DNA of 64,000 bases from Dimorphilus gyrociliatus (Eukaryota > Animalia > Annelida): positions 1,694,873 through 1,758,872 of the forward strand of contig CAJFCJ010000007.1 of the NCBI GenBank assembly GCA_904063045.1, written 5' to 3'. The position numbers and the translations under genes were made by a program. Shown here piece after piece: positions 52,545 through 64,000 of this stretch; the stretch's first letter is position 1, and each line of letters starts with the position of its first letter. The notes under the pieces are model-generated. The model had not been told where the DNA came from and made no database searches. It saw only the letters and a program-made list of their open reading frames with translations.

Positions 52545-52558
52545 GCGCCATCTGGTGA
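52545..52558 (-). promoter_or_regulatory. Candidate CTCF binding site
   Basis: Minus strand TCACCAGATGGCGC matches CCASYAGRKGGCRS at 13 of 14 positions. Confidence 0.5.
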
Positions 52559-53855
52559 TAGATCTTAAGTTTAACTTACAGTTTTTATTCTACAAGTACT
52601 ATAAATATATCGTTTTCCAAATTATAAGGAAAAGGAAATTTTCCAAATTTGTTTGTAAAAGTAGTATAATTTGCAAAACAATATGCGTTCTAAATCCTTT
52701 TGTTGGAACGAGAGAACGATAAGAAAGAAAATTTATTGTTATTGTTGATTGAGAAAGCAGGCTTTTTTTTAAGCCAGCAGGCACAAAATCGTATAATAAC
52801 CCAATACAAAGATGACTGTTTCATGAAAGACAGTTATAATTAGATTCTTTTTAAACCTAGAATGTTTTACATTCCATATATTCTTTAAAGTGATTCCATC
52901 GTTATAAGTAGCCATTTAAAAGATTTTAAAGAAAGGCTCTATAAAATCATTTTGATGTCAATAAACAAATAACAGCGTCAATTCGGAAAATGCACTCTTG
53001 GAGATAGACAGACAGATTTAAGACTCAAACCTGTACTGATTGAGTGGAAGCTAATTATTAGCTCTTATCAACCATTCATTAGCCTTCTTTCTCCTTTTTA
53101 ATAGTGCATTTTTGCTTTTCGAAGGAGGGCTGCAGGCAACATCTTATTGTACATAACGTGTATGACCGTTTTATAAATGAGTTCTATTTCAGAATCATAT
53201 TTTCGCTTAATACTACCAATATAAGATCTATAAAAATATTATTTTTTGCTTAGACAATCTTAAGCAGCATTTGATTATGTAAGTTAAATTATGAAAGGAT
53301 ACAAAATATCTCTTTAGTAACTGAGAAAAGGAGCCAGTAGCTGAATTTTTACATTTATAATTTAAAAATCAGTTTGAGACACATGTTAGAGCAATTTAGA
53401 GTAAATATTGTCACTGGCCAATAAGATCGATTAAAAATATTTCCAAATTGAGGAAGAAAAAACCTCACAAAAAGCTTGCGATGACATGCTCGACACGCAT
53501 TTAGAACGTTTTGTTTGAATTATTTACCAACAATTTTACCTAAACAATGCCAGCATTCTATACGATATCGACCTTCAATTAATTTTTATGCATAGCCATG
53601 TTTTCTATACACTCTGCAGATTTTTTACATGATTTCATAAACTGAGCATATTTTATATTTCATTGAATGAAAATAATTACCCAATAAGAAGAAAGTTAAG
53701 AGAAAAGTGACGTCTAGCGTCAGATACTAGCGTCACTGCAAGGCAGTCAGGTGATGGCGTTTTATTGATGCGTATTAAGTTAATCGTTTGAGTATAAAGA
53801 ACAAAGTGCTGGAATGCGGAGATATGACTTAATATGATAAAAGTACTTTTTCCAG

Positions 53856-56800
53856 ATGGAATGCAATATAATTTACATTTTAACTATTTTGTTGACTTTT
53901 CTAGAAAGAGACATTGGTAAGTAAAAGTTTTTAAAATAATTATATTATAGGTATATGCTATACTGTGCGTTATAAAATATACTATATATGCAAAAAGAAA
54001 TATAGAAAGGTATGAATATTAATTGGGAACGCAATGGTCGTATTGAAAATTGTTGGGCAATAAAAATTGTTTACTACACACAAGGGGTAGTATGATGTAA
54101 TTTTCATTCTATTTTCATGCTGTTTTATTGCCGTTTTACGACGAATAAGTTTGTTGGACATAATTACGCTATGCAAGGGATTCAGATATTTTTTATCAGG
54201 AGAAAATTTTCATAAATGTACCAAATAAAACTCCTGTGTTGATGCGATTAAGGGACCAATGGGAATATTTTAAAAAAAAGATAATCTTCTATACCGCCCT
54301 TTTGCGACAAAAGCATTCCAGTATTACGATAGATAGAGTTTAAGTCATAAAAACTTTTATGTGCTATATGTTTTTATATTGTACGAACTACGCTGACTGA
54401 AAACATTTTGAAAAAGAAAATCGTGTTACTAAAAATTAAGCAAACATAGATGATTATTCAGTAAATACTGATCGACATGTTGTAAAATTTTTGTACATTC
54501 CATGAAATTTATATCAACGAAGTGAAGAGATATTGCAGATGGAAGCCATTATTATTCACTATCCTTTAAATATAAATTAAAACAAAAAGCATTAGACAAT
54601 GGAGAAGAGCTATAGAAATCCAAAAGGCTTATCAATAAATAACGTAAAAAATATCTTTGAAAAAAGTTTATTTTATGTTATATATAGCAAAAAAAAAGTG
54701 ATTTAGGAAGAGCATTTGTCGTCTGAATATTAAAATAGTCAAACTTAGCAATAGAAGAAATGGAAAGAAGGCGATCTGGAAAGCGGTCCGAAATTAGCAA
54801 TATTCATCCCCACGGATTTAATAGTCTACAGAGCAAAAATTTTATTTTTTTGTAGCAGACCTTTATGGCATTAAGGGCGTTAAAAAGGACCGCGACAGAT
54901 AAGGCGAGTGATTTATCAGTGGCAAGCACACAGCTTAAATAGCAACGCTACGAAACCGGAGCGACGCCTAACGATGCCTGAAAGGTTTCTTCTTAACTCT
55001 ATATTTATCGGTTTAATTTTTGCCTATTCAACACCATATGAATTTTTCCTGCAAAAGAGTGCTATAGACAAGTGATAAAATTTTCCTACTTCGAGCAAAA
55101 TTTAGAAAAATACAAAGACTAAAATACAAGTTGTTTGTGCTGGAGAGTGACGTATAGGGATTTTGTATGTCAGTAAAATGTTGTTTACAGTTCCATTTTC
55201 ATGAAAAATTTATAAAAGAAAGTTGATTGATTAATTACCAGAATCAGAGGGAAAGAGGAACCGAACGCAAGCCTCATTCTTGTTGATTAATCAATAAGAT
55301 TCTCTATTAAGGATACAATCGCATTAGAGAAGAGAAAGATGGGTTAAAAAACTGAACGATCTGTGTCAGGGAATGCCTCGGGTGTCTATTTTCTTTCTCT
55401 ACTTTTTTTTCTGTGGCATCTCCTCGCTTCCTATTCCAATTCTAATTAAACGAGGAATTGGACGAAGAGATGACCGTAAGAGAATTGAAAAAAAAACCCT
55501 CTTGTTTACTTCTTTATCGAAAGGAAAATTACTCTTTTCTTCACTATACCCTGGTTAATTCGTTATTTCGTTTGCTTTAATCGAATTGTCCCTCATTTTA
55601 ATGAAGAAGCGTCCATAATTGAGGAATTAAGTGGAATTTCATTGAAGAAATCATTGGAATGCATGAAAGGGGAGGAGCCGAATTAATTGCGTCTACCGAC
55701 ATAGAACTACCACAGGAGATAAACTAGCGTAATTTGACAAGGTGAAATATAGACTTGTGAAACGTAATTTTCGCATGTAAATTCACCACTGAAGAGTACC
55801 ATTACAAACTTTTCTACAAGAACAAGATTGATTGTAAAACTAACTAAAGATTAGTGACAGAGCTTCGTTTGTCACGACAAACTGAGTTGCGGGTCTTTGT
55901 CATGAGTTGCATACTTTTCGTTTAAAAAAATTCGTAAATTCCAAAAAAAAAGATAAAATCGAAAAAATTCGTTGGTGGTAATTTAATTAGAGGAAGATTT
56001 TAAAGTTTCATTCAAACCCTCTTAGAACTCTACTAAATATCGAGCAGGCGATAACGTGATATAGATTCCGTGTCTCTCCTTCTCAAGTATATGCTAAACC
56101 AACTGAAAAATGCTGCAAAATATTTTTTTTGTTATATGTTTTTTCCAAAGTATTCTTTTCTTTCTTTTTATCAAGAAAAAAGGGATCAAAAAGAAGTAAA
56201 CCTTTAGTATCGCTCCGCTTTATTCTTTTTTTGCGGATGATAGCAGTAAAACCTTTTTACGATTATTTTTTTCACTGTGATAAAAAATCTGCTTAGTCGA
56301 TTATACAATAAAAAAATATATCGAACGTATGCAGAACGTATAAAAGATTAAAAAAGTATTAGAGAATTAAAAATTAGCATCAGATTATCTGCTAAGCCAT
56401 AAAACAAACTCCATTCCAGCAAAAGAAAAGCTGGTGAAATTGAACTCTACATCTTTATAAAAGCGCTGCAAGAGAAGACACAAGGGGGGGGGGGTCAATA
56501 AGAACTGAGAACTAGATGATTGATTCGTCGCCATTATGGCGCTTTTTTCTACTTCCGTTTCATAGCCTGATTTCCGCTTTAATTAAACTTACCAGTCACG
56601 AAACCACATTTTAATTAAAACTTTTTGTTTCCTACAGTTGAAGCTAGCTCCTGGTCCGAATGGTGGCAGTATACAGGAGTTTCTGGTGAGTTTTATATTA
56701 ATAATATAAGTCACTTAACTTCTTATTGAAGTACTAAAAACTCTTTCCGGGACAAACTGTTATAATTAGCAGCTCTATTCCTTGAGGTGTGATATCTTCA

Positions 56801-59800
56801 AATAATCTAATCGGTTCTGTACAAGGGGTTTTTTTCCTTGCGCAATATGAGGTGGGTGGTAAATAGAAAGGGGAAAAATTGCATTCTAAAACCAGACAAG
56901 TGAAGCGTGCTTAAGCAAGCGAGCTGCCCTTATTCGTACAAACAACTTGACAAACAGGCTCTAGGGTGCGTTGTTTACCATGAAAATGATCTCTCGAGGA
57001 CAATCTAATGTTTGGTTTGTCACCTTAGCCTTAGCTTTATACTCTTTAATAGAGAAATTTTGGAAGGAGGATAGAGAGTAATAAAATATAAATAACTAGA
57101 AAGACTGACAATGATATGGGTCTTTCGGAAATTGAAATAGACTTTTCTGAATTCTTTTTTCCCATTGAAGAGCAAAAATAACAATAACAGTAATCAAACA
57201 ATAGGATAAAAAAAGTTATTGTGAAAAAACTTGCTATAACATGTTTTATAGCAAAATTGACTTTAAAAGACTGTTAAACAAATTTAAATTCTTATACGCA
57301 AGAATTATATGACAGATAAGGTAGACTGGCCGAATAATTCATGAATAAACCGTTCAATTTACTCTCTCCTTAACAAACAAGGATAGCAAACTATAGAAAT
57401 GACAATTTATCGACAAAAATGGATTGTGTTATGAAACTCTGGAAAGAAGAGGCAACAACATAAAACTATCAAGATGAATAGTAGAGTATTAATAATAAAA
57501 CTATAAAGCGAGTTGAGTTTCTTAGCGATCTGATTCTTTCTGTCACACTAAGTAAACAGCCGCTCGAAGTTACAACTGGATAAGAAGAGCGTCCCAATTA
57601 AGCTAGAATCGGCCTTGGAAACTTTGAGTGACATTGTCCCGCCTATCCTTGGCTAAATTCTCACGAAACCCTATTACTATAAAATGCCAAGCAAATAAAG
57701 AAATTATACACGTATGTGAAATAAATCGGATAATTTAATTAAAAATAAGACAGAAAGGAGAATATTTAGGGTGTCTCGCTATATGACAAACGACAGAAAA
57801 CTATGCAGAAATGGTTTAAGCATTAATGGGAATTGAGTTAATGCGCTACTGCACCGCAGACGTTCGACTGATGGAATACACCAAGTGGAGCAGGAGACGT
57901 GTTCGTTCATCTGTTGCCGAACGCATTCGTTTTGCAGTTGGGACGCTCGACTGACAATATGGAATATATTGGAGCACATAGGTTGGGCGTGGAATTCAAA
58001 GTTCTTCATTTCGTGAAAGATTTTTTATGGAAACACCATCAGCGATGACATGAAATTCATAAGCAAACAATAGTCTTATAGAACAGTTTTTAATAGGAAT
58101 GAAATCGAACAACACTTTGCCAAATTTTTAGTAATGACAATAAGAACGAACACACTACCAAACTCTAAAACGACGGCTTTAGTTATCGCCACCGACCTTG
58201 CAGCCGCCTATACGTAATCAATTTTGCAGTTCGCTTACACAAAACCGCTTTTTCGCTCGTTATATTTGCAGTCGTGAGCCGCCCTACGCTCACAAGTGTT
58301 TTTTCTCTGCTGCAATATTTGTGAAACATTACTGCTGAAGAAAAATGTAAGGATTTCCTCCATTGGAAAGTAGCAAGATCAATGTGTGCAATTATCAGTA
58401 TGCAATCAAGCGTATTGATAAATCACGCAAAGCGCTAGACACAGTATTCCTAATTATATTGGTTTATCCTGAAAAATTTTGTGAACCTTGCCACTTACTT
58501 GGATATTATGAAAAAAGGTATTACGACATCGTCATTTTTACATAAAACGTAAATTCGCATGAAAATTTCGCATTAATACCTTTATATATTGACTTTTAGA
58601 GTGACAAGAGATGATAAACACAAATTTAAAAAATTGCCATTCTTGATATTTTTAAGACCCTGTTATATATTTTTAAATATCATGACCCAGTTCAGGTTGA
58701 TTGAATCAAATTAACTTTCGTGTAGAAAAGTACGCTTACACTCCAAGCACTTTAGCGATTTGACCATATTTTGAATGTCTTAGACAACTACATACGACAT
58801 AAAAGTTAGCCTGGTTTGCCAAAAAAATGTATATTACTATAGAATTGATGAGCAAGCTTGTTCACTACTTATGTCAGCACCGCACACTAGATAATTAACG
58901 CCTGATTTATCTCGACTTTTTAATGGATTAATCTTTAACATTTCTTCTAGAGTGGTCTCCCGTCTGATATTTGTTTATATCATTTTTAAAAGTGAAATTA
59001 ATCAAAATATTCATTACTGTGATATAAGTGTACGCTTCGAAGACGCCTTTCACAAAACTCTGATCATCTGAAATTATGCACGACGCGTATTGTATACATT
59101 TGAAAGGACCTCGGAAAAACAGCTACAAAATCTTCTTGTAAGACAATCGTCCGACCGTAAAATCAACGTGATCTAGATGGTCAGTAAGTGTCCCTGTTTC
59201 GCCATACTTTTTTACGCCTGCCTGACTTATGACGTGCCTTGAATGTCGTGGGGGCGTCTAATTAATCGAATTTTAAGCAAAATCGCTGAACATGTAACAT
59301 ATAGGCACGTGCACCTGATAATAAGGAACACTGGTAAATAATGGCGGAAGCCCTCTGACCATTGTCCTAAAGGTACTAGTGGTTAGATCAAAGAACGATT
59401 TAGCGTAGCCTCTAGCGAGTTTAACACATGACTAAACTTGAGAAGCTGAGCGTGATGCGAAGAGATAAATATAAGAATACGATATATACTGTGTACATAA
59501 TATATATTATTTATATTGCAAAATAGTCGTGATCGTCTATAGCTTTTTTATGATTGGGAAGGGTTTTGGACTTGCTTCTAATGTTGTCAGAATCTGTCGT
59601 AAAATATTTTCGATCATATCATAAATTCTCCCTGAGAGATATTGTGACTAAGGTTTTTGAAAGGGCTTCTAAAAATAAGGATGGTGGCCTACTAAATGAA
59701 AATGCGCTACCCTACCAAATTTATAAAGTTTATACTATCCCGTGGGATATTTCCGTTATCCGGTTCTAATCGGGTTTCTATAAAGTCCATAATTAACTAC

Positions 59801-62800
59801 ACCGACTTTTTTCCGATTCGATTTCTTCCAACTGTAATTTGAACTTCCTCCAAAATTTCCTGTCATGATTACAGCCTAAGTAAAACCCACAGGCATTAAA
59901 TAAGATAAATTACATATTATCGCATTGGCCCAAAGAAACCTGTACCCTCTAAACGCAGTGTCCTTAAAATCCAAATTTCCACAACCACTCTCAATTAGTA
60001 AAAGTCAACAAGTTTATGATAGACTTACAAGCTCTCATTCAACTTTTAGCGATGAAATATAAAGATTATCTTAATTATTAAGAATGTTGTATGGAAAGAA
60101 TGTACAAACAGGAAACAAACGAACATATATAATATATAAATTCACGCTCGGTAAATTTGACTTCATTAATATTCACACTGCTATTATTGACCAATCATTC
60201 ACACGTGCGCGCTCAAAAAGGCCGACTAAAAGACTTTTTTAATGCATAATTGCTTATCAATAGCCGGTAATCAATTTCTCAGTCTGTTGTTTGCAGGCGA
60301 CTTGTACCCAGACAGTACAGCTATATTTTTGGCTTATATTTCGGTTGGACTGCGGGAAATTGGAGACTTACTTAACTTAAGATATGGGATCTGATTATTG
60401 ATTTTGTGCTTTAAGGATTCCACCAATTTTTTAAATATAGGTTCTGTTTAAAAGAATTAATAAGATATACTTTATAGATGCTAGATAAACTAATAATTTA
60501 TTAATTATTGGCAATTTTCCGTAAAAAAAATCCTAATAAAAATTTTATTTATCGAAAATTTTATTGTACTAATAAATTCTGGAAAAAATCTAATTTCATG
60601 TAAGAAACTGAGTTCATGCTTAACCTCTAAGGATTATCTGCTGCTCGTTTTAAACCTATTCACAAATCGTGAGATGATTATCATTGGTAACTCTAGAGAT
60701 TTACGTTCGTACATTTTCCTATACAGGTTTCGAATTTTGGGGTGTCATCAATCCCGAATGGATACTATGTCAGAGAGGAAAGCGACAAAGCCCAATAAAT
60801 GTTGATCCATCTCTTCTACTTTACGATCCTTCTTTGAAACATATAAGAGTTAGCAAGCGCTCAGTTAGTATTCTTTATTTTAATGTGAAGAAACATAGGC
60901 AACAAAGCGTTTTAAGCTTGCAATATAATTATTACTCAAAAAACTGTCAGTGATCTTATATAAATAACATGAACATAGACTTCCTTTCTGTTTTTTGATT
61001 CTTTTAAACAAAAAAAATTTAGTTTAGGAATTTTATATATTTAATTAAGATGCATTTTTAGTAATCATATCAAAAATTTTCAAAGAACTTATTCAGCCAA
61101 TACTTAAAAAATACATTCATGAATTTTTAATAAAAACTCATTTCCGAGATGCAATAAATAGAAATAATGCTTCGATCATAATTCCGTTGCTTTGATGAAA
61201 AGCTTTTATATAAGTATGACTGAATAAAGAAGTAGTACTTAAGACTATCAACCATCTTTTGTTTTAAAATACTGAATATGCTGTGCATGCAACATTTTCG
61301 CGTTTCGACCAACTTGAAATATTTCTCACGCATTTCCTGCAACGGTAATGGCAGTCATTTTTATCAGCACGCACTGTTTGAAATTCGAGTGTTTTTTCGA
61401 ATGAAAAATATTCGATTTTTACTTATTTTTTTGCAGGCTAGTGCTGAATTAGAAAATGTTGGACAGTTTGTCCGTTTGGTGCTGGAACCAGGTACCGATA
61501 AACTTATTAACATAACTAAGGGACCTCTGTCGTATCGGTACACCGTACATGAAGTGGATTTCCATTTTGGTACTGAAAATGATTTGGGGAGTGAACATAT
61601 GATTGCAGGAATCTCCTTCCCTTTTGAAGTTCGTTTGATTCTTTTAATATCGCATACCTTGTGAATCTTCAGCTACATCCATACTATTTGCAAGAACAAC
61701 TCATATTTTTGAAAACAATTTGTAACAAACTATTTTTATTAAAACTGAATCTAATATAAAAGTTAGTGACAGCGAACACCATAAATAATATTGCAAGACT
61801 TAATGGGATATCACAACCTTTTCTAAAGTTTCGATTACCTAAATATCCGCCGGTCATGTCAAACAAACTATTTTTCGTATTAGATATTTACATCTACTTT
61901 GTTTTTAGCTCTTAAAAAAGTATATTTGATATAATTGTCGAGTATAGCAAATATAATTCTTCTAACTTATTTTCCAGTCTTCTAAGAAATTATATTTTTT
62001 TCAGATTCAAATAGTTGCATACAACTCTGAAATATATGGCAATATAACACAAGCTCGTTACTCTCCAAATGGAATAGCAATAATTGCAATATTTGCCCAG
62101 GTTCGGTAACTTTTTCCTTTAGTTAATTTTATATAAGCAAGCTGTTTGAAATTGTACTGCCAAAAAACCGAAAAAAAACATGGCCATAAAAAACTTTTAT
62201 TTATTCCCTTAATACTATTTTACTTTATTTTTATCCTCCTGTTCTTAAAGTGCACCTGCGCCTCGTACTCGCTTTTTAAATATGTAATTTTCTTCAGATA
62301 ACAAAGGATGCCAAGGACAAAAATGAACAATTGGAAATAATATCTCAATTCTTACCTGATGTTCAGTTTCGAGGTAAAAAAACTTTTAAATTTTTTTCAC
62401 TTAGTTTTACCTCAGATTTGAAATTAGATACTTATGATAAACAATATTTTCATTTTCAAGAACAAAAAAGTAAAATTCGCCAAGTTTCTATACACAAGTT
62501 AATGCCTGATACTAATCATTATGTAACATATGATGGGTCGTTTACTTATCCTGGTTGTGAAGAGACGGTAACATGGATTATCATGAATCGACCCTTGCAC
62601 ATTACGGTGCAACAGGTTTGTATTTTTTTTACTTATCCTAACACCCTCATTAGTGTAACTTGATTGAAGCATGTCTAAAATTACTTTCACCTGTCTTTTT
62701 GAAGTTTTGACGTGAAAATAATAACTTGTTTTGATCTCGTTTGATTTATGGATATGCAAATTTCTGTCTCTTTCAGTGTTATTCATCAGTTTCTATAAAA

Positions 62801-63971
62801 GAAAAACAAAAATTAAGATCTTGATATATTGATATATCCAAGAAAAATGCCACTAAGGACTAATCGACCTTATCAACTGCTTAAGAATAAGAGCTACAAG
62901 TACCAAATTGTAGTCCTTTTAAGTTTTTGATCGCTTAATTTATTTCTAAAAAGGAAATACCGGTTCGATCAAGGTTACACAAGGTGAACATTAAACAGAA
63001 TTCTTTACGAGAATAAATCGAGCGATCGGCACGTTTGGTCTAATGCGTTTCCTTTTATTTATTCCTTCCTTTATCCTTGAAGATATTTAAGATTTTACAT
63101 ATGCCTCCATAATGAAAAAAATATCTTATCTGTTCATTTTCTCAAATTGAATTAAAGTTTAAGATTGCAAAATATTTTTAATAATATGCTCAATTTTTCT
63201 CTGAATATTTTAATCTTGTTTGTTAGGAAGAGTCTATATAATAAAGGAACTGACAAGGAGTATTTTTATTAAATAATAATGTCATTTAAAGTATTAGCAA
63301 TAAACTTTGAGACGAGATATTAATATAATATATGAGTGCACTTATATATTATTATATTTCTATTCATATATATAAAATTATTTTCTTATATTTGCTTCAA
63401 TTACTTATATTTACTATTTTCTAGCTGGAAAATTTCCGAATGCTCTACTTTGCAAAGTCCGAAAAGGAAGTTCTGACAAAAATGGCCAACAATTTCAGAG
63501 ATGTTCAACCAGTGGCTAGAAGAACCATTCGAACCAACATAAATTTCCCAAATTATGTAAGCCTTATTGGATTGTTCCTTTAAAGTTATACGAATTTTCA
63601 TTATCTACTAAAGATATATTTTATGCATTAAAATATCTATATTAAAAAAAGCAAAGGATAAATTATTTAGATATTGTTGAAGTATTTCCTTCAAATTTTA
63701 GTACATCCTTAGAGTTCCTGTCAAGAAACTATCTTGATCTTCAGTCCCCGGATTTACTAGGTTTTTAAAGTTATTATACGGTCCATTGACAGTCACAAAA
63801 TGGCGAATGTAACCTGTCATTCGCGTTTCTTGGGGCGTCTCCAGAGGGTACAGAAAGAGGTCAAAGTGATCACTCCCAATAAAATGCTTTCATATTCCTT
63901 TTTTGATCATACTTTTATTTTCAAATTACAGAATGAAAATTGTACAATGAAAAAAGATACATTTTATGAAG
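53856..63971 (+). CDS. CA10: Carbonic anhydrase-related protein (CA10/CA11-like, acatalytic); last exon beyond the window
   Basis: Exons 53856-53916 (signal peptide), 56638-56685 (ASSWSEWWQYTGVSG), 60727-60863 (FWGVINPEWILCQRGKRQSPINV), 61437-61628 (GPLSYRYTVHEVDFHFGTENDLGSEHMIAG), 62005-62100 (IQIVAYN), 62298-62373, 62461-62615 (YVTYDGSFTYPGCEETVTWIIMN), 63425-63556 (MANNFRDVQPVARRTIRTNINF) and 63932-63971, all phase-consistent. The assignment of exon 1 is the least certain part. Confidence 0.88.
56484..56494 (+). repeat. G11 homopolymer in CARP intron 1
   Basis: Direct reading. Confidence 0.85.
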
Positions 63972-64000
63972 GTAAGATTACTGGACAATTTTTGTTATAT

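Noticed and set aside
58873-58890. TCAGCACC half of a REST/NRSE site
   Set aside because: The second half-site (GGACAG) is absent, and REST is not expected outside chordates.
59370-59420. TAGTGGTTAG A-box-like Pol III element
   Set aside because: No B-box or tRNA fold downstream.
62847-62930. Intronic ORF MPLRTNRPYQLLKNKSY... resembling the CA NFRPVQPL motif as an alternative last exon
   Set aside because: No acceptor gives the required phase-0 entry without hitting a stop; the true exon is 63425-63556.

Overview
Eukaryotic (animal) genomic DNA from a very compact, AT-rich genome with many ~45-70 nt GT-AG introns. It is not prokaryotic, and I saw no rRNA, tRNA, CRISPR array or transposon. 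From 3.6 to 52 kb there is a dense block of spliced genes: ZFC3H1(-), ACOT13(+), ADHFE1(+), METTL2(-), CCDC181(-), SRD5A3(-), STK11IP(+), an ACP7-like purple acid phosphatase with an extra C-terminal TM helix(+), TTLL4(-), DYNC1LI(+), a divergent Wnt2-like gene(+), WDR27(-), IK/RED(-), M1AP-like(+), COX16(-), MRPS5(+), DUS2(-), NUP93(+) and an intronless orphan 4-TM gene(-). Two genes with much more non-coding DNA flank the block: exon 1 of an F-spondin-like gene (left edge) and an acatalytic carbonic anhydrase-related gene (CA10/11-like, 53.9 kb to beyond the right edge). Wnt2 retention, cilia genes and tiny introns fit a miniaturised non-insect, non-nematode bilaterian (e.g. a Dimorphilus-like annelid); this is inference only. 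All gene identities come from my recall of family sequences, not database searches. Exon boundaries were read by eye using reading-frame phase. Most interesting leads: (i) RFX X-box-like motifs next to cilia genes, including a putative internal promoter giving a short TTLL4 isoform and one upstream of the membrane-anchored phosphatase; (ii) the orphan 4-TM protein with a SLATT-like 2TM+helix layout; (iii) a Wnt with substitutions in the CKCHG and WxWGGC motifs; (iv) a near-consensus CTCF site at the boundary between the housekeeping block and the CARP regulatory domain; (v) convergent genes whose stop codons are only 34 and 47 nt apart.
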